A DNA stretch of 64,000 nt from an uncultured bacterium (GCA_964387885.1 CAYLYZ010000005.1:11404-75403), one strand, 5' to 3'; shown: positions 37,017-46,676, counted from the first letter of the stretch. A program made the numbers and translations. Notes: a model not told the origin generated them from the letters alone.

Positions 37017-37041
37017 GCGGATAGTATATCCGCACTCCCCC
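37017..37041. repeat. Hairpin element GCGGATA-gta-TATCCGC followed by ACTCCCCC. A second copy is at 61115-61140.
   Basis: 7-bp perfect stem plus the conserved ACTCCCC tail in both copies. Confidence 0.55.
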
Positions 37042-37100
37042 GTTTACTTCACTTCTACACTGGTCACACGCAGAAAAATTCAAACGAGACAACTATTGGT

Positions 37101-37679
37101 TTAGTTGTTCTGTTTGAATTCCTCGAATTTTTCTACTTCTTTTTCCATTTCCTCAAATGCCTGACTGGCACGGAATCGCGTATAGAGCTCTTCCTTTTTC
37201 TTGAGGTTGTTCATCAACGCCTGGGCACTTTCACCAATTGGGTATTTAAAGAGGACGTAAACATGCATGATCCGTCCGTCCTGGCGCACATCGATTTCCA
37301 CTTGTTTTACCCCGCGGAGAGTAGTGGCGACAACTTCTTTTGTCGCAGATGTGAATTGATCGAGCATTTGCGATGCATCATCATCACCCATTATCTCTTC
37401 CTGGAATCGCTTTGTAAGATTGTTAAGTCTCAGTTCCTGTTGCTTGGCAATTGCCGTCCGCGCTGCAGTATTTGCTTTCTCTTTCGCCATACCGAGGTCG
37501 GAAGACTTGCCTTCACCGGTTCCCCAGAGGTGATCCGGATCTTCAGGTGGCATCAGATACCAATCCGGGAGATTGAGGGAATTCGCATCTTCTTTAACTG
37601 GCGGAGCAGATCCACCACATCCCCAGAAGGTCATGCTGACAAACAACATCACTACAGCTAAGCAAATTAATCTTTTCAT
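37101..37679 (-). CDS. LPP20-like outer-membrane lipoprotein (lipobox FWGC).
   Basis: 192 aa. LPDWYLMPPEDPDHLWGTGEGKSSDLGMAKEKANTAARTAIAKQQ resembles H. pylori Lpp20 (PDWV..G.......A...A.A.LA). Confidence 0.6.
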   Translation of the reverse strand: MKRLICLAVVMLFVSMTFWGCGGSAPPVKEDANSLNLPDWYLMPPEDPDHLWGTGEGKSSDLGMAKEKANTAARTAIAKQQELRLNNLTKRFQEEIMGDDDASQMLDQFTSATKEVVATTLRGVKQVEIDVRQDGRIMHVYVLFKYPIGESAQALMNNLKKKEELYTRFRASQAFEEMEKEVEKFEEFKQNN

Positions 37680-37966
37680 TTTAACTCCTCTTACTTTGAT
37701 TATTGTAAGAATTTAAACTTCTGCGTAATCGTCGCATTCTGAGAGATTCTCATTCAGATCAGATCACATTTTATTTCAATCCTGGAACATACTCAAGGAC
37801 GTTTCAAATCTTCTAACAGAACATGATGGCTAACTGTATTAATAATATAGGTAATTATCGCAGATAAACAATCTTAAGCGACCTGCAGTTATCATTAATT
37901 CCGGCTCTAAATTGTACTCGAAACCAGCCAAAATACCCCGGATTCAGCATGGAATTGAACCAAACT

Positions 37967-39487
37967 CTACATGGTATTCTGCTTTTGCCTGTGTGTTTCC
38001 CTTATTTTTTTTATCAGTTCACGGGCTGAAGAGACCTTCTCTCCGGCTGTAACCTTTGATAAATGCCTCATGGCTTCACTGTAGTTGCCTTGATCGAAAC
38101 AAGTCTTGCCTTTTTCATATTCTTCTCTGGATACCTTTGAATTCACTTTATTAAGCTTTTCTCCTGCACCAGCTAATAATTTCGCCATTTGTTTCCTGGC
38201 AATTTTCAGCTTCTTATAAGATTTGTCAATCGCTTTCTTTGCTGATTTCTTGTCAAGTCCATTAGCAGTAATGGAAAGACTGCCAACTAATTCATCCGAT
38301 GTTTTCACCTTCATGAACAGGTCAAGTTCTGTCTTAACCTGATACATTTTTCCGTCAAATCCATCAACTTCATTTGCTTCAACAGGTACCATTGTCCCCG
38401 TTAGCAAATACGGAGCATCTTCACTTATATAGTGTCCGAGTTTGGTAACAGATTTGGAAACGGTACTCTCAGCTTTTTCAATTCGATCCCCATTTTCATC
38501 GAGTATCTCAACTGTAAATGAGACCGGATTCGTTTCAGATATGTCATATCTGAAAACCGCTTCCAGATCACTCAAATCTTTTTTAAAAACTGGCGGAATT
38601 TTAAGTGGATCAATGGATATTGAAGCCTTGCCTTTTTCATCTCCGATGGCTTCAATCCAGAATTCTACCTTCCCATTAACATCGGTATATAGCCGCTCAC
38701 TTGTTTTTCGCTCTTCATCTTTTATCCTCAGTCGGACATTTGGCATTTCGATTTCGTCGTCACCGTAATTCACTCCGACGACCAATGGTTCAGTGAGCAA
38801 ATATCCGTTCTTCCCGATTTGTTTATCTCCCGAAACCTTTTCAAGTTTGATCCTCCCGAGCACCTTTCTGACTTCGGAAAGAATAGCAGGACCGGCCATT
38901 GCTTCAACACCGTAAGGTATTCTCGAAAATGCATTATACAGGGAAGCTCTCGCAATAAGATCAGCAACAAGCTCATCGGTACCCATTAACATTTCCAATG
39001 CTTCAAAGACTTTGCCCTCACCAAGCATATCTTTGCTGTCATCTCGAATTTTTTGAATTACAGACCGTTTCTGGTCAAGTTCACCTTTTAAATCACGAAG
39101 AAAGTCGGCTTTTGAAAGAGCTAGCATAAGATAATAATCTTCACCATCTCGTTCCTTTTCTATTACCTGCGCACCGCGGATAGTTACACTCGTGAAAGAT
39201 TTAGTTGCAGATTTAAAGGTCTCAACGATGTGCTCCCTGTCATCGACAATGTAGGACTCGAGAAAGGTCTGCGATTCAGCTTCGATTTTAATTTCAATCT
39301 GGCCAGCGAGATCCGCTCCGGCTTTCTCCTGTGCAATATCATATGTTGAACCTGAACCAACACCAATGATGTGGGTTTCAGGATCAACCTGATTATATTC
39401 ATAAGAAATGAACCATTTTGGCGGACCAGCTACAACGCATCCGACTAAAAGAAAAAAGATGACAGCTGTCAAGTTTCTGTATATCAT
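37967..39487 (-). CDS. Lipoprotein with an N-terminal LPP20-like domain and a long C-terminal helical/TPR-like extension (lipobox LVGC).
   Basis: 506 aa. PPKWFISYEYNQVDPETHIIGVGSGSTYDIAQEKAGADLAGQIEI ... DGEDYYLMLALSKADF. Confidence 0.6.
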   Translation of the reverse strand: MIYRNLTAVIFFLLVGCVVAGPPKWFISYEYNQVDPETHIIGVGSGSTYDIAQEKAGADLAGQIEIKIEAESQTFLESYIVDDREHIVETFKSATKSFTSVTIRGAQVIEKERDGEDYYLMLALSKADFLRDLKGELDQKRSVIQKIRDDSKDMLGEGKVFEALEMLMGTDELVADLIARASLYNAFSRIPYGVEAMAGPAILSEVRKVLGRIKLEKVSGDKQIGKNGYLLTEPLVVGVNYGDDEIEMPNVRLRIKDEERKTSERLYTDVNGKVEFWIEAIGDEKGKASISIDPLKIPPVFKKDLSDLEAVFRYDISETNPVSFTVEILDENGDRIEKAESTVSKSVTKLGHYISEDAPYLLTGTMVPVEANEVDGFDGKMYQVKTELDLFMKVKTSDELVGSLSITANGLDKKSAKKAIDKSYKKLKIARKQMAKLLAGAGEKLNKVNSKVSREEYEKGKTCFDQGNYSEAMRHLSKVTAGEKVSSARELIKKIRETHRQKQNTM

Positions 39488-39490
39488 GAA

Positions 39491-40786
39491 TTACTCCATC
39501 TCGACTTTGAATATTAAGAGTTTACCGGTTCGGTTAACTTCTCTTAGTACTCCATCGGAGAACTCTTCCTCAAACATCTTTCTTAGTTTTCGCGATACTT
39601 TTGAGGGTTTCGCATATTTTTCGTTATCAACCCATATTAAATAATCGAGTGTCTGGGATGTAGCAACGACCTCCTTATATCTTTCGTTCTTAGTGATTTC
39701 GTCCAGGATTTCCGCAAAAATATCCTGGATATCCGTAACCTCATCAGCATCGAAATCAGTTGAAATACTCACAATTACTTTGTACTGCAAACCATTCTTA
39801 ATGTCCTCTTTCCAATATGCGGTTGTAAGGCTTAAGACCTTATCCACTCCATCCGCAACAGCATTTTCAATCAGCACCAATTCAGGATCTGTCGTAGATG
39901 GTGAATAACCGGTGGCAGATCCCAACAAGCGTGATGTGGTCGTCTCGTATGCGTTTACGTTTATTATTGCCTTTTTGGTTCCAAACTTGTCATCTGCGAC
40001 ATTTATCTTGTAAGTAATATAAATATCACTGCCAATCGACAGTGCTAACCGATACGAATAATCCTCTTCTACATCTCCTAATGATTGCTGAGCTGCGGAA
40101 AAATCGGCTATCTTTGAAGACTGCTCGGGAACAATAACATCGTATCTTTTTGTTGAGAGATACTCCTTGATTACCGTAGCTCCCTGCTGGAGCTTCGGAT
40201 CTGACTGAAGAACATCAATTGGATTTTTCCCTTTCTTAACTTCAGGTAAAACCATAATATTTGGCAGTCCCATTTCTTCAGCAAGTTCAGCCTTGATGAT
40301 ACCTTGGGCAACGAATTCATTTCGAATTGCCTCTCGGTTCACCTTGAATGCCTTTTCAATGAGCAGCTCATATTTCCTTTTCTTCTTAATTTCACGCTTG
40401 GTGCGTTTAAGAAGTTCCGTACCTTCCCAGGCTATAAACCTGCGGAGGTTTTCAAGCTCAAAGAAAGATTCCTGAATTTCAGTGAATGCGAGTTTTTCTT
40501 CAGCTTGAGTAAGTAATGGAGTTGTACCACCGAGGATTACGAAGTATACTGCAGTTCTGCGAGCATCATCTTCAGCACTTTTAAGTAGATAATTCTCGCG
40601 ATCTTTTGATTTGGAGTCACCCTTTTCCCAGATACCAGTCCCTCCGGCGTAAACCATTAATTCCATTGGGTTGGCAGATTCTATCAGTGTCCCTTGTTTG
40701 GAACGAGGCATGTTGCTGCCATCAATTTCAAATGCTAATCCTGAAATCAGACAGACTATCACTGCCAGACCTATCCATCGTGTCAT
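39491..40786 (-). CDS. Secreted/periplasmic K/E-rich coiled-coil protein of unknown function. Start probably at MTRWIGLAVIVCLISGLAF.
   Basis: About 430 aa. Signal peptide. 4-nt gap to the downstream gene suggests translational coupling. No family recognised. Confidence 0.55.
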   Translation of the reverse strand: MTRWIGLAVIVCLISGLAFEIDGSNMPRSKQGTLIESANPMELMVYAGGTGIWEKGDSKSKDRENYLLKSAEDDARRTAVYFVILGGTTPLLTQAEEKLAFTEIQESFFELENLRRFIAWEGTELLKRTKREIKKKRKYELLIEKAFKVNREAIRNEFVAQGIIKAELAEEMGLPNIMVLPEVKKGKNPIDVLQSDPKLQQGATVIKEYLSTKRYDVIVPEQSSKIADFSAAQQSLGDVEEDYSYRLALSIGSDIYITYKINVADDKFGTKKAIINVNAYETTTSRLLGSATGYSPSTTDPELVLIENAVADGVDKVLSLTTAYWKEDIKNGLQYKVIVSISTDFDADEVTDIQDIFAEILDEITKNERYKEVVATSQTLDYLIWVDNEKYAKPSKVSRKLRKMFEEEFSDGVLREVNRTGKLLIFKVEME

Positions 40787-40918
40787 TATATTTCCCTCCG
40801 GTAGAATTCTCAAAGGACCTGCATTATTACAAAAATATAAAGTTCTCACTTCGCAGAGTCAATAGGAAAAAAAGGCACTATTATACCTAATTCAATGACA
40901 GCCTCGAACAACAGACCG

Positions 40919-42094
40919 TCATTCACGCGATTCCCAATAGCGTTTAACACCCTTGAAAGCATGATAAGCACCGAGAATCCCAGCGATATTCATCGCCAAA
41001 AAGTGAAAAGCTGATGTTGCAAATATCACCCGTTTTCCGAATTTATCCAGAAAGCCACCAATTAAGGCTAAAATAATAATTGCACCAATCAAAATCGCCG
41101 TTGTTTGATAAAACGGGCAGAAATCACATATCAAGAAAATAGAGACTGCTCCTGAAGCAAATAGAAATGGACTTATCCAACGCAATATTTTATAACATAT
41201 TACGAGGATAAAATCAAGAAATCCCGCTTTCCAACTAAGGCTTAAAACCCTTGGTATACTAAGGAAATTATATGCCGCCATCCTGGTTCGACGACCAAAT
41301 TCCGCTTTTATAGTATCAAGGGTCTCTTCTGATGCACTTGCCTCAGGAATCATCAATACCCTATATCCCAAAGCTCTGACTTCAAGAGGAATCACAAGGT
41401 CATCATGAACAGGCGTGCTCCCGAGAGGTCTAAATAATTTTTTCCTGAGCGAGTAAAATCCACCAAAGGCTCCGATAACTCTTCCCAACTTGCTAAGCCC
41501 GATTTTTATATTGCTCTCATACCCGGCAAATTGTCCCTCACCCTCTACATTTTTACCGGATAATGGTGGAATCCGATTTAAAACACCACAAACTGCGCCA
41601 ACACGAGGATCACTATAGGGTTGAATCAGTTTTTTTATTGCATTTTTTCTAAACTCAATGTTTGCATCTGTAATTACCACAATATCATGCTTCGCAATTG
41701 GAATAATTGAATCCAGTATGCCGAACTTCCCGCTTCGATCAGGCATTTCAATCAACTCGACTCCACGATCAACATAGGATCGCACAATTTCAACAGTTCT
41801 GTCATTTGATTGATCGGAAGCAATCAGAATCTGCAACTTCTCTTTGGGATAATCGCTTTCGAGCAGATTTTCAATTCTTGCACCAATATGATTTTCTTCA
41901 TTATGAGCAGGAACCAGGACGGTAACTGAGGGTAGATTGTCATCATTAAATGCACGTATGTCCGTCGGTTTTTTGCGGTAAACTATCGGAGCAATCAGTT
42001 TAAGGAATAAATACGGAAAACCGATATATGTAATGAAAACACCTAATACCGATATCCAGAAAATAATTGAGGCCGTTGCCTGAATGTTGGTCAT
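40919..42094 (-). CDS. Family-2 glycosyltransferase with N- and C-terminal TM helices (processive polysaccharide synthase-like, PgaC/BcsA/HAS type).
   Basis: VLVPAHNEE...DRTVEI (DxD region), ITDANIEF, FGRRTRMAAY (QxxRW-like), C-terminal multi-TM region. The ATG at 42094 overlaps the upstream TGA (ATGA coupling). Confidence 0.75.
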   Translation of the reverse strand: MTNIQATASIIFWISVLGVFITYIGFPYLFLKLIAPIVYRKKPTDIRAFNDDNLPSVTVLVPAHNEENHIGARIENLLESDYPKEKLQILIASDQSNDRTVEIVRSYVDRGVELIEMPDRSGKFGILDSIIPIAKHDIVVITDANIEFRKNAIKKLIQPYSDPRVGAVCGVLNRIPPLSGKNVEGEGQFAGYESNIKIGLSKLGRVIGAFGGFYSLRKKLFRPLGSTPVHDDLVIPLEVRALGYRVLMIPEASASEETLDTIKAEFGRRTRMAAYNFLSIPRVLSLSWKAGFLDFILVICYKILRWISPFLFASGAVSIFLICDFCPFYQTTAILIGAIIILALIGGFLDKFGKRVIFATSAFHFLAMNIAGILGAYHAFKGVKRYWESRE

Positions 42095-45000
42095 GGCAGA
42101 GTTTTCATCATTTGATCTGCTTTTTGTCCCCAATGATCAACACCATGTGTTGATTTAACTCTCTCAAGCAGTCTTTGTGCATCCGGAATTTTATCAATGT
42201 CTATCATCAACCGGGCAGCTTCAATTTGGGCATGTGCAATCCAATCCACATATGCTTCAAATAAATATCGAACCTTTAAATAACCATCTATTGCTTCCTG
42301 GGTTCTCCCTAATTGAGATAGAATTCGACCCGTTTCAAATTGCGCCTCAGCTCCGACCTCATCTGATCTCTCCACTGAAATTCGCATCACCCTTTCCAAC
42401 GCTTCTTCACTTCGTCCCAGATCTGATAATGCTCGCGCAGTTTCAACCTCGGCTCTGGCAGAGATTGGATCTAATGATTTTTCTGTGATTAGTTGTTTAA
42501 GCAGCTCTAATGACTGGTCAGGTTTCCCGAAAGCTCGCAGGATCGTACCTTCGAGAAGTCTTGCTTCACGGGCAATCTCCGCAGTTGGATGATTGGTGCG
42601 AATTCTAATAAAAAATGGCAGAGACGCCGTTGAATCTCCAAGTCCCACCTGAACCTGTCCGGAAAAAAATAGTGCTTGTGGTGTGAGAGAATGGTTGGTA
42701 AATCGCTTTTCCATTTCCGCCCATGTGTTAAGCGCTTCAATGGAATCCATCGCCCCAAGATGAGCTCTCCCTTTCCAGAGAAATGCTGCAGGAGCTAATT
42801 CGCTCTCCGGATAATGCTGAATCAACCTTTCATATGCACCCGCAGCATGTAAATAGTCACCGTTATTATACAGCAGATCACCTATTCGCATGGCAAGATC
42901 ATCAACCAGAGGACTGTCCGGATTGTCTTCGGCAAATTGATCTGCGACCTTCATAGCCCGATCCATATCTCCGAGTTGGACAGCACACCACTGCAATCCA
43001 CTGATAGCATCTCCGACTATCGGAGAATCCGGGAAGTCACTGATAACTCTCTCATATCCATCAGCAGCTTCTTTGAAGCGTTTCAGATTATAGAGCGCAT
43101 CAGCATAGCCATAGGTAGCTTGTGGCAGATAGGGTGAAGAAGAAAAGGTCAAAGAGAACTCTGTATACTTCTCTGCAGCTTCTTCAAAACGTTCGGCTCT
43201 GAAGAGTGACCACCCTACCATATACAGAGCATCATCCCCGAGTTCAGAACCGGGATATGCATCTGCATGAAAGCTGAACCCACCGGCAGCTTCGCTGAAT
43301 CGATCGAGTTTCAGGAGCGTCACTGCCCATTGATAATGTGCCCTGAGATGCTCATCTCCATCGGGATATTTAGTATAAAATCGTCGATATGCCTCTTCTG
43401 CTCGCTTATAATCCTTCGCACTGAAACGACTGTCTGCAATTCTAAGCTCAGCATCAAGAGCATATTTACTATCCGGATGCTTCTCAATAAAATCTGTAAA
43501 CATATCTGCAGCCGTTCCAAACTCACCGTTTTTATAAAGTGCCCATCCTCGACCATATCTGGCTTCTTCAATCATTGCACTTTCCGGGAAACGCTGAATC
43601 AATGAACGATATGCGGACTCAGCTCCTCGCGCATCACCGGCATTGTATCGCGTTTCACCCAACCAGAATAATGCATCCTGAATACGGTCTGAATCAGGAT
43701 ATTTCTCTATCAGGTCTTCATAATATTTTGCAGCCTGTTCATTGTTTTCAGTTTTATGAGAAAGATACCCGACCGAAAACAACATCTCTTCTTCATCTTC
43801 AGGATGAGGATTCAAGCTCAAGCCAATCTTGCACGCTTCAAGAGCGCGATTGTCTTCTCCATCTGATTGCAAGGTTGCGCCCTGTAAACGATAAACCCTG
43901 GCGCGCGATTGATCGTCCATCGGAGCTTGAACAGCTACTTCAAGTGTCTTTGAAGCAACTCTATAATCCCCCAGACGAAAAAGCTCCCTTCCAACCTCAG
44001 TTAATGACATTCCTGCTTCGGGAGACTCTGGCCACTGTTCAGCAACACGCCGCCATAGTTGAAGAGCTCCTTCCTCTTCACCTGCCTTTGATAATGCTGA
44101 TGCAGCCTCATATAACGCCTGAGGAGCAAGATCGCTTTCCGGGAATCTCTCCGCCACCTGAGAAAACCATTTTCCAGCTTCTGGAAATGACTGCAATTCA
44201 GAAGCAATCCAACCAAGTGCAAACATCGATTGTGGAGCCGGATCAGAACTGGAATCGGCTTCTATTACTTTCAGATAATATGACTGTGCCTCAACATGAT
44301 TTTTATTCTCATATTGGATTTCACCAAGCAGAAAATTGGCATGCCGCTTGATTTCCTCTTCGACCTGAAGATTGATGACTTTTTCGAGAAGTTCACCTGC
44401 ACCAGATGAATCCCCGGTTTTATGGCGCAGGAAGCCGGCTCGATATAGGGCAGACGGTGTTGATTCTGCCTGAGGGTAACTCGTCCAGACTATGTAATAT
44501 GCAGCGAGTGCAGCATCGAAGTCACCACGCTGTTCATGGATATATCCGGTTGAATAGGCTGCCCATGGAGTATAGTGATGTTCGGGATACCTATCAACCA
44601 GATTTCGGTAGCTCCGCAAAGCCAGGGAAGTATCGCCCGAAGCCAGAGCAGATTCCCCGGTCCAGTAAATCGCATCCGGTATTAAATGACTGATAGGGTG
44701 ATCAGATTGAAGCCTGGCAAGAGTTGTTTGTGCTTCATCATATTGCCCTGATTCAAATGATGCTTGTCCAATTCTGAGTAACGCTTCATCAACAAGTTCG
44801 GAAAAAGGGTGTTTAGTGACGAAACTATCCATAGCATTCTTGCAAGCTTTCCATCCATTTAGGCGGAAATGACACTCTCCCATCAGATAAAGCGCTTGAG
44901 GAGCTCGGTCACCATCTTGCCAGCGTATAAGATACTCATTGAATCGAGATACCGCTCTCTCAAATTGCCCATCACGATACAAACCAACACCATATGCAAA

Positions 45001-45129
45001 CTCTTTATCTGATTCGGCATTGGCATGTGCTGAACTCGCAAAAATACAGAGCAGAAGAAACAAGATTACTACATTTGAAGCAGAAACCTTTACTCCGCCG
45101 ACATTTTTCCAATCTTGAGAAGGGTTCAA
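42091..45129 (-). CDS. 1012-aa secreted TPR-repeat protein (YbgF/BcsC-N-terminal-like TPR scaffold).
   Basis: Signal peptide. More than 15 TPR-like repeats with W/Y-LG-Y-A-G periodicity (ALYRAGFL..., AQALYEAASAL..., ARYGRGWALYKNGEF...). Confidence 0.85.
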   Translation of the reverse strand: MNPSQDWKNVGGVKVSASNVVILFLLLCIFASSAHANAESDKEFAYGVGLYRDGQFERAVSRFNEYLIRWQDGDRAPQALYLMGECHFRLNGWKACKNAMDSFVTKHPFSELVDEALLRIGQASFESGQYDEAQTTLARLQSDHPISHLIPDAIYWTGESALASGDTSLALRSYRNLVDRYPEHHYTPWAAYSTGYIHEQRGDFDAALAAYYIVWTSYPQAESTPSALYRAGFLRHKTGDSSGAGELLEKVINLQVEEEIKRHANFLLGEIQYENKNHVEAQSYYLKVIEADSSSDPAPQSMFALGWIASELQSFPEAGKWFSQVAERFPESDLAPQALYEAASALSKAGEEEGALQLWRRVAEQWPESPEAGMSLTEVGRELFRLGDYRVASKTLEVAVQAPMDDQSRARVYRLQGATLQSDGEDNRALEACKIGLSLNPHPEDEEEMLFSVGYLSHKTENNEQAAKYYEDLIEKYPDSDRIQDALFWLGETRYNAGDARGAESAYRSLIQRFPESAMIEEARYGRGWALYKNGEFGTAADMFTDFIEKHPDSKYALDAELRIADSRFSAKDYKRAEEAYRRFYTKYPDGDEHLRAHYQWAVTLLKLDRFSEAAGGFSFHADAYPGSELGDDALYMVGWSLFRAERFEEAAEKYTEFSLTFSSSPYLPQATYGYADALYNLKRFKEAADGYERVISDFPDSPIVGDAISGLQWCAVQLGDMDRAMKVADQFAEDNPDSPLVDDLAMRIGDLLYNNGDYLHAAGAYERLIQHYPESELAPAAFLWKGRAHLGAMDSIEALNTWAEMEKRFTNHSLTPQALFFSGQVQVGLGDSTASLPFFIRIRTNHPTAEIAREARLLEGTILRAFGKPDQSLELLKQLITEKSLDPISARAEVETARALSDLGRSEEALERVMRISVERSDEVGAEAQFETGRILSQLGRTQEAIDGYLKVRYLFEAYVDWIAHAQIEAARLMIDIDKIPDAQRLLERVKSTHGVDHWGQKADQMMKTLP

Positions 45130-45220
45130 AGCGTTAAGCTATCTGTTGTTTTTGTGCAGAAATACTGAATATAAATGGAACAGTTCATAATTAGAAAAGT
45201 TCCCAGGTTACACCCGTTGT

Positions 45221-45249
45221 AATATATGCTGTACACAGAGATGTGTCAA
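45221..45249 (-). promoter_or_regulatory. Minus-strand sigma70-like promoter TTGACA-N17-TATATT, positioned to drive the TPR-GT2-LPP20-lepB operon.
   Basis: Reverse complement of 45221-45249 is TTGACAcatctctgtgtacagcaTATATT. Confidence 0.45.
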
Positions 45250-45280
45250 GCATCGAAACAGGTCTGTTGTCCGCGGATAA

Positions 45281-46360
45281 TCAAACGTTAAATCTTACGT
45301 TCATTACATCTCCGTCCCGCATAATATATTCTTTCCCTTCCAGACGCATCTTGCCCGTTTTTTTAAGCTCAATTTCAGATCCCGCATTGAGTAAATCTGC
45401 CCAGTTATACATTTCTGCGCGGATAAATCCTCTTGCAATGTCTTCGTGAATAACACGTGCAGCCTTGACTGCAGATGACCCCTTTGCAACTGACCAGGCT
45501 CGTGATTCTTTTGGTCCGATGGTTAAAAAGGTTATCAAGCCCATCAACTCAAATGTCGCTTCAATAATCCGGTCGAGAGCAGGCAGTGAAAAACCGAGTT
45601 CGTCCATAAAGGGAGCTCGTTCTTCTTCATCCAACATGTTAATTTCAGACTCCATACCAGCCGCGACAGCCACCCATTTAACATGATCTCGGAGGCAGCC
45701 CACCTTTTCTCGCATCTCAGCAAGATGAGTTTCCGCTTCCTGAGCGTTTTCATCACCAAGGTTTAAAACCACAAGAAGCGGTTTCATACTGAGAAAAGAA
45801 AATCCACGCAGTCTTTTTTGCTCATCAGGTGTAAACTCCAGATCGCGTAACGATCCCTCAGCAGCAAGTTGCACCCGGCACTTTTCAAGCAGTTCAGATT
45901 CATTTTTTGATTCTTTGTCGTGCATTTTGGAAAGTCGGGTCAACCTCCTCTCCACAACATCAAGGTCGCTGATGATGAATTCAAAAGCCGCATCACTCAG
46001 ATCACGGAGTGGATCTACGTTTCCTGCGGGATGTGAAACTATCGGATTTTCAAAATCTCGAACCACTATTGCAAGCATATCTGCTCCACGCAGTTCGGAT
46101 AAGTACCATGCGGGATATGGCTCTGGCTTATCAGATTTGGCAGCATATCCCGGCACATCAACGTAATCTACAGTTGCATGCACAATCTTTCTCGCTTTAA
46201 CTATTTCCGCAAGCTGATCTAATCGATCATCATTCAGTTTCGCAACTCCACGCCGAGTTTCGCGACTACTCGCATCAAAACTGCCCAGCTCCTGGTTAGT
46301 TAATATTGAAAAAAGTGTAGATTTTCCGGACAACGGCGGTCCGACTATTCCACATTCCAT
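45281..46360 (-). CDS. ychF: Ribosome-binding ATPase YchF (Obg-family GTPase with TGS domain). True start at MECGIVG.
   Basis: GPPLSGKSTLF P-loop. DRLDQLAEIVK. C-terminal HEDIARGFIRAE...GKEYIMRDGDVMNVRFNV is near-identical in pattern to E. coli YchF. Confidence 0.9.
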   Translation of the reverse strand: MECGIVGPPLSGKSTLFSILTNQELGSFDASSRETRRGVAKLNDDRLDQLAEIVKARKIVHATVDYVDVPGYAAKSDKPEPYPAWYLSELRGADMLAIVVRDFENPIVSHPAGNVDPLRDLSDAAFEFIISDLDVVERRLTRLSKMHDKESKNESELLEKCRVQLAAEGSLRDLEFTPDEQKRLRGFSFLSMKPLLVVLNLGDENAQEAETHLAEMREKVGCLRDHVKWVAVAAGMESEINMLDEEERAPFMDELGFSLPALDRIIEATFELMGLITFLTIGPKESRAWSVAKGSSAVKAARVIHEDIARGFIRAEMYNWADLLNAGSEIELKKTGKMRLEGKEYIMRDGDVMNVRFNV

Positions 46361-46600
46361 TCTATGTCCTAAAGGTTTTCGGATTCTATGATTTTGTTTC
46401 GGGAAACAGAGCCTATCAGGTCGAACTGCGCTCCTGCCCCGAGCAACCAATTAATATAATACCATAACTATAATAAACTGTAATCTTTCGAGCATTTCTA
46501 ATCAATTGCATTACATTTCAGGTGAAATTAAACATGAGATAAACCACAATAAATAGAAATTAGTTTGTGCAAAAAAAATCAACATATTTTCAGAATACAC

Positions 46601-46629
46601 TTGACAACTGAACTAATGTTCAGTATATT
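46601..46629 (+). promoter_or_regulatory. Sigma70-like promoter TTGACA-N17-TATATT. Its spacer is the palindrome CTGAAC-taat-GTTCAG, which carries a Cheo-box-like GAAC-N4-GTTC.
   Basis: TTGACA at 46601-06, TATATT at 46624-29, palindrome at 46608-46623. Lies 48 nt upstream of the VOC gene ATG, which has an AGGAG Shine-Dalgarno. Confidence 0.55.
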
Positions 46630-46676
46630 TCTCACGAAACATGTTTTCATTAGATTAAATACAAGGAGTCAAAAAA

